DNA of 64,000 nucleotides from Mobula hypostoma. Taxonomy: Eukaryota. Of this stretch, positions 24,371 through 37,254 are shown piece by piece (the first letter of the stretch is position 1; each line of letters opens with the position of its first letter). The DNA lies in contig NC_086108.1 in assembly GCF_963921235.1 (NCBI RefSeq), positions 87,732,001-87,796,000 on the forward strand, read 5' to 3'. Below the pieces are notes generated by a model. That model made no database searches. It was not told the DNA's origin and was given only the letters and a program-made list of their open reading frames with translations. The translations under genes were made by a program, and so were the position numbers.

Positions 24371-25773
24371 TCAATAACAGTGTGTTGAACATTTTCAACA
24401 AAACCAAAAATGACTGGAGGGTGCAACCTTGACTCCAGAGCTCAGGAAGTATCTAAAAATTATGTTAAATATGAGAAAGGAACCATTGTCTTAGCTGATG
24501 AATCACCGCTCCTCGACATTGAATGATACTTGGAAGAGCAAAGAATGCTCTCTGAATGCGCAAATGCAATACCCATAACCAAGAATGGGCTTAACAGTGC
24601 CATCAATAACCCAGCTGGTCAAGCCTTGAACAAAGTTGTCAGACTAAATCTTGAACAGCAGTAATTGATTCAACATGAGGGACCTCTATATCTCCAATCT
24701 ATCTGTTGTAGGTGCATCTGTTCATGACCTTTTTGGTTAAAGCAACCACTGGATAATCCTTATGGAAACTAAGTCTCATCTTCACACCTCCATCATTTTA
24801 TGTAGCACAACACTCATGTTAAATAGAATGGACTGAACAGATCCAAGTTCAAAGTGCAAAGTAAAATATGGGATTGGGACATCTATGAGGAACTTGTAAA
24901 CCATAAGAGCAGTAGACATGTACACCACCACATGCAAGATCTAGGCATAATTCAGGAATGACTGTAAATGATATTTAACATTCTAGCTATAAGTACATGT
25001 CAATGACCACCTCCAACATGCAAGAGTCTAACAACCTACATTCACAATATTGCCTTCACCAAATCTCCCTCATGAAGAATCACTATAGATTAGATATTCA
25101 ACTGAACCAACCATATCAATGCCATGGCCACAAACACAAGTACAGTCATCTGGAGCACATGATATCCCAAAGCTTTTCCACCACATACAAGGCACCACAG
25201 GAGCAGGATAGAGTGTTCGCCCATTGGCTGGAGAAGCAGAACTTCAACACCACTCAAGTAGCTGCACCTCATCCTGAATAACACTGCCTGCTTGACCTCA
25301 TCTGCCACCCAAAATATTCAGTCCCTTTGCCACTGTTGCAAAATGGCTTTAGTACACATCATCTACAAAATGCAATGAGGTTAGTTGCCTGACAGTATAC
25401 ACAACCTGTGTTCCCTACCAATGGAAAAGAGGGCAATTGGCACAAAGAAACACTACAAATGCAAGTCTTTTTCCAAGTTACAAACTATCCCCACTTGGAA
25501 CTATGTGACTCACTCTTCAAAAAAAATGCTAGGTCAAAATCCTGGAACTCCCTATTCAACACTGCTGTAGAGTACTTTACCAGGATTGGAGTTGTTCAGA
25601 AACGCAGTTCACAACTACCTTCTCAATGGAAATTAGTGATGGGATATAAAAGCTAGCTTTGCTAACAATGCTAAGATCTTAAAGCAGTTAAATAACTAAA
25701 AACTTTTTTTTTTAAATTGGAAATTTTTCTTAAGTTGCTGGTCTAAGAATGACACAGCACAGTATAGGACGAA

Positions 25774-25990
25774 AACACACACATGATGCAAGAGGAACTC
25801 AGCAGGCTAGGCACCTTCTATGGAAAAGAGTAAACAGTCGACATTTCAGGCCAAGACCCTTCATCATGATGGGTCTCAGCCCGAAACGTCGATTGTTTAC
25901 TCCTTTCCATCATTGCTACCTGAGCTGCTAAGTTCCTCTGGCATTTTCTGTGTGTTGCTTGGATTGCCAGCATCTGCAGATTTTCTCTTG
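25774..25990. repeat. Penelope-derived palindrome with two fused hammerhead-like cores
   Basis: Long imperfect inverted repeat centred on CATCATGATG (25862-25871); GAAACGTC at 25883-25890. Confidence 0.7.
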
Positions 25991-26921
25991 CTTGTAGTAT
26001 AGGAAGGCATTCAGGCCACTGAATCACCAGTTACTCTCAGAATAGTCCCTACATTCCACATTCACACTTATTTCCCTGTAACCAGAACACTGGAGCTACC
26101 ACAAAGTTACAAGACAGGGAAAATTCAAGAGACAGCATTCAAAGTCAGGATCAAATCCAAACTGCTGCAGCTATGCAGCCGCAGCACAATCTGCTGCACC
26201 ACTGTGCCATCTTACTACACAATGACCAATACACTCAATGCTTTCACTTTCTGGTTATAGCATATGGTGTAATATTTCACGAGACATCCTCATTCACATG
26301 TTATGAGGTTTGGATAATGGGAACGGAGAGATAACTTGGAATAGAATGAATTTTCATGCATTACCTAATCAGGAAATACTACTTCTTAATTTACAATGTT
26401 TCCCTTCCATCTTAGATTTGAGGAAATAACCTCAGTATACTACTTCATTTTGTATACCTCATTCAAAAGTAACACACAGATTACAAAGGTCAACAGTAAA
26501 CACTCAAAGTTCAAAGTAAATATTATTAGCAAAGTACATATACGTCACCATAAACAACCCCACGAATCATTTTCTTGTGGACATAACTCAACAGATCGAT
26601 AATAACTATAACAGAATCAATGAAAGACTGCCCAACGAGGGTATTCAACCAGAGTGCAGAACACAACAAACAGCAAATGCAAAAAGATGAAATAACAATA
26701 TAAATAAATAAACAACAAATATCGAGAACAAGATATGAAGGGTCCTCGAAAGCGAGTCCACTGTTTGTGGGAACATTTCAATGATAGGGCAAGTATACTA
26801 GTCCCTTTGCTACACTGAAGTACAATTTTCATTTTAGTCTAGCCTCTCAAAGATTGCTAATCAGCATGAAATGCATGGGAACACATTATGCAATTACTCT
26901 TTCTTTCCCTGAGATACTGAC

Positions 26922-27053
26922 CTGTGCTCTGGGCTTGTAATGTTGTTGGAGAACTTCAGCTACATTGTTTTCAAATGCACGTAATTGCTGATATATATTC
27001 TGACGAAAAGCTTCTAAATTGGCTTGATCCAACAGACAGCCTTGAACCAGGAC
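26922..27053 (-). CDS. SZT2: SZT2 coding exon 5 (VLVQGCLLDQANLEAFRQNIYQQLRAFENNVAEVLQQHYKPRAQ)
   Basis: TAG acceptor and GTCAGT donor; 132 nt; VLVQGCLLD motif. Confidence 0.92.
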
Positions 27054-28114
27054 CTATGATAAACAATGATAATATTCAGTGGTAAGAATATTTGCTACAT
27101 ACAGATACTATCAGCAGAGCTGGGATAGACTCATGTAACAATGGATAATCAATTAGCTTGGCCAAGCTGCTTAATATAATGTGTGTCTTATGCAAATTAG
27201 ATGTGAGAAACAATCCATAAATGGAACACTCCAGAAGTTGAAAAACTGAAAAAATGCAGAAAATGTTGGAAGTATTTAGAAGGTGGAGAGTTAACATTTC
27301 AGGTTGATAACTTTGTATGAAACTGGGAAAACTTAGAACTAAAACAAGTTTTAAGTGGTAAAGTAAGGGGAAAGCGGCAGAGAAAACAAAGGGAAAGTCT
27401 GTGGGACACATGTGACAGCCGTGCTAGCTAGGAGAATGATATGGGACTTATTATTCAACATCTCTGGAAGGACTACAAATAGATGGCAAATTAAATTTGA
27501 AATTTTCAGAAGTGAAACAAACTGAATACTAGAAGTGTTTGATACAAGGGTATACTGAGGTAGACAATGATCTGAAATTATTAAATTATCTAACATAAGC
27601 TGGGAGAACTGTTTGTTACCTTCCAATAAGGCATACTACACTCTTCTGGATTCAACAATGAATTGAATAATTTCAAGTTAAAAACCATTTTAGTCTTGTA
27701 TTTCATACTTCCGGTGTTCATTTTTTTTTTCATTTTTCCTTTTCTGGTAACTTGAGATTTCATCACCTTCACCAGACGTGCCTCTTTTGTTATTCACTAC
27801 TGTTTATAATTTTTCCAAATGCATATCATCATCACCACCACTTGAATGAAACAATCTCTTCTGATCTCTGCTTTATCACATCTATCTCGTTAGGTTGTCT
27901 CACCATCCTTTTGCTGCAACATACCACTAGTTTTATTTCTCACTTTTCCTGGTTCAGGTAAGCAGAACTGTTTCGCTCCACAAAGACCTTTCAGCACTGG
28001 GTATTTTCATTTGAGAAATTATATGATCTGAAATGGTGATTTGATCTGACTTGTTGAATCCGTATCAAGCTCTCCCACTTTAGTGAGACAATAGTTTCAT
28101 GCCAGCTTGTACTC

Positions 28115-28283
28115 CTTAGCCCCCCATCTTCTTATTCTGGCTTCTGCCCTCTTCCAGTCCTGATGAAGGGTCCCAGCCCAAAATGTCGATTGTTTATTCT
28201 TCTCCATAGATGCTGCCTGACTTACTGAGTTCCTCTGGCATGTGTTGCTCAAGTTTGGCAGAATCTGCAAGATCTCTCGCGTT
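28115..28283 (+). repeat. Penelope terminal-repeat fragment with decayed hammerhead motif
   Basis: CAGTC-CTGATGA-AGGGTCCCAGCCC-AAAATGTC-GATTG at 28155-28192. Confidence 0.7.
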
Positions 28284-28664
28284 TATAGTAGTTTAAGTAC
28301 ATCATTAATATTGTTTTAAATGCATCTAAATAGTGTAGGTAGGAACCATACTCTACAGTAGAAATCTAGGATTTGCATTCTTTGTTATTTGTAATAATTC
28401 AATTTGTTGCTTTAACTAGACTGGTTCCAACAAAATAAGTGTTGGCAATCAGAACTTTCATCGTGACCACCTACACTGGATCTTAACTGCTCCAAATGCA
28501 AGTGTTGTATCGTTGTGCATTGAAAAACAGTCTCATCTACATTAAAGCAAAGTGGTATCACTACTTCAGGTATTTTGTTTACTATTATTGGATTCAGCAT
28601 TTTTACTGAACTGGACTGACTAATTGTTCGTTTGTCATAAGAGCATAAACATACTGCATTTATA

Positions 28665-29465
28665 AAACACAGAAATCTACAGCACACTACAGGCCCTTCG
28701 GCCCATAATGTTGTGCCGACCATGTAACCTATTCCAGAAAATGCTTAGAATTACCCTAACAAATAGCTCTCTATTTTTCTAAGTTCCATGTACCTATCTA
28801 AGAGTCTCTTAAAAGACCCTATTGTATCCGACTCTACCACTGTCGCTGGCAGTGCATTCCACAAACCCACCACCCCGTGTGAAAAACTTACCCCTGACAT
28901 CCCCTCTGTACCTACTTCCAAACACATTAAAACTGTACTCCCTCGTTTTAGTCACTTTAGTCCTGGGAAAAAGCCTCTGGCTATCCACACGATCAATGCC
29001 TCTCATCATCATATACACCTCTGTCAGGTCACCTCTTATCCTCTATTGCTCCAAGGAGAAAAGGCCAAGTTCACTCAACCTATTCTCATAAGGGACACTC
29101 TCCAATCCAGGCAACATTACTTGTAAATCACCTCTGCGCTCTTTCTGTAGTGTCCACATCCTTCCTGTAGTGAGGTGACCACAACTGAACACAGTAATCC
29201 AGGTGGGGTCTGACCATGATCTTATACAGCTGTAACATTACCTCATGGCTCTTGAACTCATTCTCACGGTTGATGAATGCCAACATACCATACACCTTCT
29301 TACCAACTCTGTCAACATGCACAGTAGCTTTGAGTGCCCTATGGACATAGACCCCAAGATCTCTCTGATCCTCCACACTGGTCTTACTATATTCTGTCTT
29401 CAAATTTGACCTACCGAAATGAACCACTTCACACTTATCTGGGTTGAACTCCATCTGCCACTTAT
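28665..29465 (-). mobile_element. CR1 LINE family B, 5'-truncated
   Basis: ORF 29128..29511 (WQMEFNPDKCEVVHFG, VRPHLDYCVQLWSP). Confidence 0.88.
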
Positions 29466-30169
29466 ACATCCTTGACAGAAGAATGAGAAGTAATCTCACT
29501 AAAGCATACAAAATCCTTAAGGGCCTGGAACAGGGTAGGTATGGGGAAGATTTGTCTCTTAGCTAAAGTATTCAGAACAGGGGTCAAGCAAAAAAAAAGA
29601 TAGTTGGCCATCCAGCAAAAAGTCCAGAAGAAATTTCTTTTGCTGGGAAGTGATCAATCTTTGGAATTGTTCACCTGAGAGCCCCATGGAAATTAATACA
29701 CAGTCAGAAAATTTTAGGTCTTTTTGGTTTATAATTGGAATTGGTTGTTTATTATTGTCACATTTACAATACAGAGAAAAGTTTGCCTTGCAAACTGCTC
29801 ATACAGATCAAATCACTACAGTGATTTAAGGGAAAAGATAAAGTAATAACAATGCAGAATAAAGTGTAAACGCTACAGAGAAATGCAGTGCAGGTAAACT
29901 ATAAAGTGCAAGATCATAACAAGGTAAATTATGAGGTTACAGACACAAGGAAGTCTGCAGATGCTAGAATAAGAATCCATCTTGTACAAGAAGTGCATTC
30001 AAGAGTCTTATAACAGTGGAAATTAAGCTATCCTCGAGTCTGGTAGTATGTAGCTTCTGCCAGATGGTGAAGGGAACTGTCAGCGATTATTTTGGAGATA
30101 TGAAATTATAGATTGCAGATATCAATTAAAATGAGAACCAGTCTTTGGGAAAAAAGTTCCTAATAGTTA

Positions 30170-30757
30170 TTGATGGAGGATTTTTCATCTAGTGTACGCT
30201 GCCGTGTTCTTCAGATTGACTGTAAATGAACAAAATCAGCACAGACACCAAGTGCAGATAATGGACTGACTTCATAATATCTTCATTTTCATTGTAACAT
30301 TCAAGATTATTCTCGATACCTTCAAATTCTTTGTGGTTCCTAACTTGTTAAAGAAGTGAAATAGTTTCATTTTCACACCCGGCTGTTCTGGCATCTCCAG
30401 GACTGAATGCTTGAAACCACAGTGAGCAAAACGGTTCTGAATTGCCTTATTGCTTATTTATCGCCAGCTATCAGTAACAAACATCAGTGCTTTTTGAACA
30501 CAAACACGTACAACTGATGCCATTTAAAAACTGTTCGCTCTAAGCACGGTGTAGTGTCTATCGGCCACACAGATGCACACAATTAATACCAGTTAGAACC
30601 TGTTCGGCAAGTCTTCAGCTCCAGTTAAGCAGCATTGTGTCCCAAATAAATGAAGGGAATCCCAGGAATTTTCGTAATTAGTTCTTGTTCTTTAAGAGTT
30701 GTCCCAAAAAAGTGACTGTCCTGATTAATGGATGGCCCAATTAAGCAGAACCCACTG
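30170..30757 (-). mobile_element. Probable pogo/Tigger-like DNA transposon fragment
   Basis: Minus-strand terminus CAGTGGGTTCTGCTTAATTGGGCC resembles pogo/Tigger-type TIRs; only one end seen. Confidence 0.4.
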
Positions 30758-32585
30758 AATTTGTATTTACTGTGTTTTATTATTATTGTGTTCCTTACCT
30801 TTGTGTTTATTTTTTGTGCTGCATTGGATCCAGAGTAACAATTATTTGGTTCTCCTTTACACTTGTGTACTGGAAATGACATTAAACAATATTGAATCTT
30901 GATATCCCCACCACCAAATGCGGTTTTGGACAGGTCTGTTTTGTCAACTAATATTCTGGATAGTTGTATATTCAGGAAGCCATCCCTCAACACTGTGCAA
31001 GAGAGATATATTTTGAATATCTGAGAGTTTATGCTCAGAGAAGTCAGACCAGCTACTAGCATTGAATATTCAAAGGGGTTCGGAGAAGGAAGTCTGAGAA
31101 TCGGAGTGGGAGTGCAGAGAAGCCATTTTGATTTTTTCTTTTTCTCATCGGAGTTAAGAGAGGCAGGACTGTGCAGGCATGTGATGTCGGGCAGTGAAGC
31201 ATTAAAGATTTAAAAGGAACACAGCTGTATACAGCGGGTAGTGTCGTTTTGCGGGCAGCGGAGTGAGCCAAGAGTAGAGTGAAGGCTTAAGGGCTTTGGC
31301 TCAACGGGCTTACGCGGAAACAGGCGAGCCAAAGTAAGTTTGGTTTTCAATTTTCCATGTTACTTGAGGAAAGGGGCAAGTATGAGCGTGAGGGCAGCTT
31401 GCTGTTCTCAGTGTCGGATGTGGGAAGTCCTGAAGTCTCCTAGCCTCCCGGACGGCCACATCTGTGCCAGGTGCACCAATCTGCAGCTCCTAAGGGACTG
31501 TGTTAGGGAACTGGAGCTGCAGCTCGATGACCTTCGACTGGTCAGGGAGAGTGAGGAGTTGATAGAGAGGAGTTACAGGCAGGTGGTCACACCGGGGCCA
31601 CGGGAGGCAGTCAAGTGGGTCACGGTTAGGAGGGGGAAGGGGAAGAGTCAGGTACTAGAGAGTACCCCAGTGGCTGTGCCCTTTGACAATAAGTACTCCT
31701 GTTTGAGTACTGTTGGGGGAGGACAGCTTACCTGGGGGAAGTAACAGTGGCCATGCCTCTGGCACAGAGTCCAGCCCTATAGCTCAAAAGGGTAGGGAAA
31801 GGAAGAGGACGGCAGTAGTAATAGGGGACTCGATAGTTAGGGGGTAGATAGGCGATTCCATGGACGCAGTCAGGAGACCCGGATGGTAGTTTGCCTCCCT
31901 GGTGCCAGGGTCCGGGATATTTCTGATCGTGTCCAAGATATCCTGAAGTGGAAGGGTGAGGAGCCAGAGGTCATGGCACATATAGGTACCAATGACATAG
32001 GTAGGAAAAGGGAAGAGGTCCTGAAAGGAGAATATAGGGAGTTAGGAAGGGAGTTGAGAACAAGGACCGCAAAGGTAGTAATTTCGGGATTACTGCCTGT
32101 GCCATGTGACAGTGAGAGTAGGAATGCAATGAGGTAGAAGATAAATGCGTGGCTGAGGGATTGGAGCAGGGGGGAGGGATTCGAGTTTCTGGATCATTGG
32201 GACCTCTTTTGGCGCAGGTGTGACCTACAAAAAGGATGGGTTGCAGTTGAATCCTAGGGGGACCAATATCCTGGCGGGGAGATTTGCGAAGGCTACTGGG
32301 GAGACTTTAAACCAGAATGGTTGGGGGGTAGGAATCAAATTGAAGAGACTAGCAGAGAGGAGATCAGGTCACAAATAGAGAAAACTAGTAGACAGTGTGT
32401 GTGGGAGGATAGGCAGGGGATAGAGAACGGGAGCACTCAAACCGAAGATGTAGAGGAGAAGGAAGAAAAAGGTAACAAAGTTGTTTGCACCTGTAGGAAT
32501 AAACAGAGAGTAAGAGGTGGAGAGTTTCTGAAATGCATCTATTTTAATGCTAGGAGCATTGTAAGAAAGGTGGATGAACTTAGAG

Positions 32586-33187
32586 CAGCAGTCCCCAATC
32601 ACTGGGCCGCGGACTGGTAGTGGGCCGCAAAGCATGTGCTACCGGGCCGCGAGGAGTCAGCTGCACCTTTCCTCATTCCCTGTCACGCACTGTTGAACTT
32701 GAACATAGGGTTGCCAACTGTCCCGTATTTGCCGGGACATCCCGTATATTGGGCTAAATTAGTTTGTCCCATAAGGAACCTCCCTTGTCCTGTATTTCCC
32801 CCGCTAAGGTAGAGCGTTCTTATGAAAGCTTTCGTGCCGAAATGGCGTAAAGCGAAGAAGCAATTACCATTAATTTATATGGGAAAAAATTTTAAAGCAT
32901 TCCCAGACCCAAAAAATAACCTACCATATCATACCAAAAAACACATAAAACCTAAAATAACACTAACATATAGTCTTTCCGGGGGTAAGGGGTCCCGGGA
33001 TTTGACTGCTACTTTTGTCCCTTATTTGGGAGTGAGAAAGTTGGCAACCCTAACTGTAAAAGACATGTTGAGGTGAGTTTAACCATACTTGAACATCCCC
33101 CCACCCCCCCCCCGCCGGTTGGCCGGTCCGCAAGAATATTGCCAACATTAAACCGGTCCGCGGTGCAAAAAAGGTTGGGGACCCCTG
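32586..33187. mobile_element. hAT (Charlie-like) MITE inserted in CR1 ORF2
   Basis: TIRs CAGCAGTCCCCAA / TTGGGGACCCCTG; 8-bp TSD ACTTAGAG/GCTTAGAG; site is empty in the CR1 copy near 47455. Confidence 0.9.
32706..33087. mobile_element. Second hAT-type element nested in the MITE
   Basis: TAGGGTTGCCAAC...GTTGGCAACCCTA inverted repeats; perfect 8-bp CTTGAACA duplication (32698-32705, 33088-33095); absent from the copy at 36831. Confidence 0.8.
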
Positions 33188-36100
33188 GCTTAGAGCATGG
33201 ATTGATACCTGGAAATATGATGTTGTAGCTATTAGTGAAACATGGTTGCAGGAGGGGTGCGACTGGCAACTAAATATTCCTGGATTTCATTGTTTCAGGT
33301 GTGATAGAATCGGAGGGGCAAGAGGGGGAGGTGTTGCATTGCTTGTCAGAGAAAATATTACAGCGGTGCTTTGGCAAGATAGATAAGAGGACTCATCTAG
33401 GGAGGCTATTTGGGTGGAATTGAGGAATGGGAAAGGTGTATTGATGCTTATAAGGGTGTATTGTAGACCACCTAATGGGGACTGAGAATTGGAGGAGCAA
33501 ATTTGTAAGGAGATAGCAGATATTTGTAGTAAGCACAAGGTTGTGATTGTGGGAGATTTTAATTTTCCACACATAGACTGGGAAGCCCATTCTGTAAAAG
33601 GGCTGGATGGTTTGGAGTTTGTCAAATGTGTGCAAGATAGCTTTTTGCAGCAATACATAGAGGTACCAACTAGAGAAGGGGCAGTGTTGGATCTCCTGTT
33701 AGGGAATGAGATAGGTCAGGTGACGGAGGTTTGTGTTGGGGAGGACTTCGGGTCCAGTGATCACAATGCCATTAGTTTCAATATAGTTATGGAGAAGGAT
33801 AGGACTGGACCCAGGGTTGAGATTTTTGATTGGAGAAAAGCTAACTTTGAAGAGTTGTGAAAGGATTTAGAAGGAGTGGATTGGGACAATTTGTTTTATG
33901 GGAAGGATGTAATAGAGAAATAGAGGTCATTTGAAGGTGAAATTTTGAGGGTACAGAGTCTTTATGTTCCTGTTAGGTTGAAAGGAAAGGTTAAAAGCTT
34001 GAGAGAGCCATGGTTTTCAAGGGATATTGGAAACTTGGTTCAGAAAAAGAGAGAGATCTACAATAAATATCGGCAGCTTGGAGTAAATGAGGTGCTCAAG
34101 GAATATAAAGAATGTAAAAGAATCTTAAGAAAGAAATTAGAAATGCTCAAAGAAGATGAGGTTGCTTTGGCAAGTAAGGTGAAAATAAATCCAAAGAGTT
34201 TGTACAGTTTCTACAGGATATTCCCTAGGACCTTGAGGGAAGTTAGTGTGGAAATAGCAGGGGCTCTGACAGAAATATTTCAAATGTCATTAGAAACGGG
34301 GATGGTGCCAGAGGATTGGCGTGTTGCTCATGTTGTTCCATTGTTTAAAAACGGTTCTAAGAGTAAACCTAGCAATTATCAGCCTGTGAGTTTGATGTCA
34401 GTGGTGGGTAAATTGATGGAAAGTATTCTTAGAGATGGTATATATAATTATCTGGATAGACAAGGTCAGATTAGGAACAGTCAACATGGATTTGTGCGTG
34501 GAAGGTCATGCTTGACAAATCTTATTGAATTTTTTGAAGAGGTTACTAGGAAAGTTGACGAGGGTAAAGCGGTTGATGTTGTCGATATGGACTTCAGTAA
34601 GGCCTTTGACAAGGTTCCACACAGAAGATTAGTTAGGAAGGTTCAATCATTAGGTATTGTAAAATGGATTCAGCAGTGGCTGGATGGGAGACGCCAGAGA
34701 ATAGTGGTGGATAACTGTTTGTCAGATTGGAGGCCGGTGTCTAGTGGTGTGCCTCAGGGATCTGTACCGGGTCCAATGCTGTTTGTCATATTCATGATCT
34801 GGATGATGGGGAGCTAAATTGGATGAGTGAGTATGCAGATGATACTAAGATAGGTAGAATTGTGGATAATGAAGTAGGTTTTCAAAGCTTGCAGAGAGAT
34901 TTAGGCCAGTTAAAAGAGTGGGCTGAAAGATGGCAGATGGAGTTTAATGCTGATAAATGTAAGGTGCTACATTTTGGTAGGACTAATTAAAATAGGACAT
35001 ACATGGTAAATGGTAGGGCATTGAAGAATGCAGTAGAACAGAGGGATCTAGGAATAATGGTGCATAGTTCCCTGAAGGTGGAATCTCATGTGGATAGGGT
35101 GGTGAAGAAAGCTTTTGGTATGCTGGCCTTTATAAATCAGAGCATAGAGTATAGGAGTTGGGATGTAATGTTGAAATTGTACAGGGCATTGGTAAGGCCA
35201 AATTGGGAGTATTGTGTACAGTTCTGGTCACTGAATTATAGAAAGATGTCAATAAAATTGAGAGAGTACAGAGGAGATTTACTAAAGTGTTGCCTGGGTT
35301 TCATCTCCTCAGTTACAGAGAAAGGTTGAACAAGTTAGGTCTTTATTCTTTGGAGTGTAGAAGGTTGAGGGGGGACTTGATAGAGGTATTTAAAATTATG
35401 AGGGGATAGATCGAGTTGACGTGGACAGGCTTTTTCCATTGAGAGTGGGGGAGATTCAAACAAGAGGACATGAGTTGAGAGTTAAAGGGCAAAAGTTTAG
35501 GGGTAACATGAGGGGGAACTTCTTTACTCAGAGAGTGGTAGCTGTGTGGAACGAGCTTCCAGCAGAAGTGGTTGGGGCAGGTTCGATGTTGTCATTTAAA
35601 GTTAAATTGGATAGCTATATGGACAGGAAAGGAATGGAGGGTTATGGACTGAGTGCAGGTTGGTGGGACCAGGTTAGATTAAGAGTTCGGCATGGACTAG
35701 AAGGGCCGAGATGGCCTGATTCCATCCTGTAATTGTTATATGGTTATATATGGGTTTCGCTAGGTGGGATCTGCTAGCATTGTAAATATGCAATTCCACA
35801 AAGTTATTGGTCTATATATAAAATGTTAAAGTTAAATAGGGGATTATAGCTGTAGTAACCATTGTTACTCAAGATGCCTTTGTGTTCAAAAAATATAAAA
35901 CATTGTTTAAAAATAACTAGATTCTCTCCAGATTCTGTCTAGAATTCTCTCAATATTCTACTGTTTTAGAGTAAAGCCTTTTATATCTCATTTAGAGCTT
36001 CCATGTGGCTCAGTTTAGTTAGGCACACAGGAACCACGGGATATGCGGTTAGTGCAGGAAAGTGGTGCTAGGGGAAAAGATTAGCCATGATTTTTTGAAA

Positions 36101-36249
36101 AGCAGAGTAGATGCAGCAGGTGCATGGTCTGTTCCTGCCTCTGCTCCTTTCATTCTTATGAGACGAGATAAAGATTAGTCAGCATATGAAAGTAGTTAAA
36201 ACATACGCATCAATCATTCATATACGTGTTTCTGCCTAAGAAACATCAA

Positions 36250-36720
36250 CAAATGCTCCGGCAAGTTCCAACAAATGAACCGTGGACCACATTCTGATTG
36301 TGTGCATCATCCCCTGGTTTGGAGGCTCCAATGCACAGGATCGCAAGAGGCTGTAGAGGGTTGTAGACTCAACCAGCTCCCTCACAAATATAAGCCTCCC
36401 CACCATCAAGGAATCTTCAAGAGGCAATGCCTGAAGAAGGCAGAATCCCTCATCATCCAGGATGTGCTCTTTTCTCATTGCTACCTACTGGGAGGAGGCA
36501 CAGGAGCCTGAAGACTCACACTCAATGTTTTAAGAATAGCTTCTTCTTCTCTGCCATTGAATTTCCGAAAAGTCCATGAAAACTACCTCATTATTCGTCT
36601 ATTATTGCAACCTCGTTTATTATTGCAATTTACAATATTTTTAATGACGAGCTGAACTGCTGCCAGAAAACAAAATAAAATCATAACATATGTCAGTGTT
36701 AGTAAACCTGATTCTGATTT
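36250..36720 (+). mobile_element. Rex1-like LINE 3' fragment
   Basis: Homologous to 10005-10505; CTGATTCTGAT tail. Confidence 0.65.
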
Positions 36721-36830
36721 GGTGCAAGAAAAAAAATGAATTGTTCCGCCCTGGATCTATGTTAATCTTTTAGAAAATGCTTTTATACTGATTTCACTAT
36801 CAATTTAATCTTCTCAACTATTACCTACAT

Positions 36831-37049
36831 CAGTGGTCCCCAACCACCGGGCCGCAAAGCATGTGCTACCGGGCCGCGAGGAAACGTCATGATTTGGCGA
36901 TATGAAACGATATAAGTCAGCTGCACCTTTCCTCATTTCCAGTCAAGCACTGTTGAACTTGAACAACCCCCCGCCCCGGTTGGCCGGTCCCACAAGAATA
37001 CTGTCAATATTAAACTGGTCCACGGTGCAAAAAAGGTTGAGAACCCCTG
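36831..37049. mobile_element. hAT MITE (219 bp; same family as 32586-33187)
   Basis: TIRs CAGTGGTCCCCAACC / GGTTGAGAACCCCTG; 8-bp TSD ACCTACAT/ATCTACAT. Confidence 0.88.
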
Positions 37050-37254
37050 ATCTACATGGATACAACATGAATGCAGCAAATATCCATTAACATTAAAATA
37101 GATAATGATGGAAATATTCAGTGGTTCAGTCAGCATTTGTTGAGCGGGAAAGAAAATTACGCTTCATGTGAATTATACTTCTTAAGAAATATTAACTACC
37201 TTGCTCTCCCTGCATCAGCCCTGACCTGCCGAATATTCAAATTATTTTCTGTTT

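Larger units (their letters stand above)
31075..35750 (+). mobile_element. Near full-length defective CR1 LINE (family A): ORF1 (Cys-rich/coiled-coil plus SGNH esterase) and ORF2 (APE endonuclease plus RT)
   Basis: CSQC..HICARC, VVIGDSIVRG, CLPGARV, HIGTNDI; YFNARSI, VIVGDFNFP, LDLLL, SDHN; QHGF, DFSKAFDKV, GVPQGSV, YADDT; several stops and frameshifts. Confidence 0.93.

Noticed and set aside
24500..25660. Possible very old LINE 3' region
   Set aside because: Resemblance too weak to assign a family or boundaries by eye.
31053..35793. Similar CT.CTAGCATTG..AATAT.CAA sequences on both sides of the long CR1 as a TSD
   Set aside because: Imperfect and offset about 20 nt from the 3' tail; cannot be called confidently.
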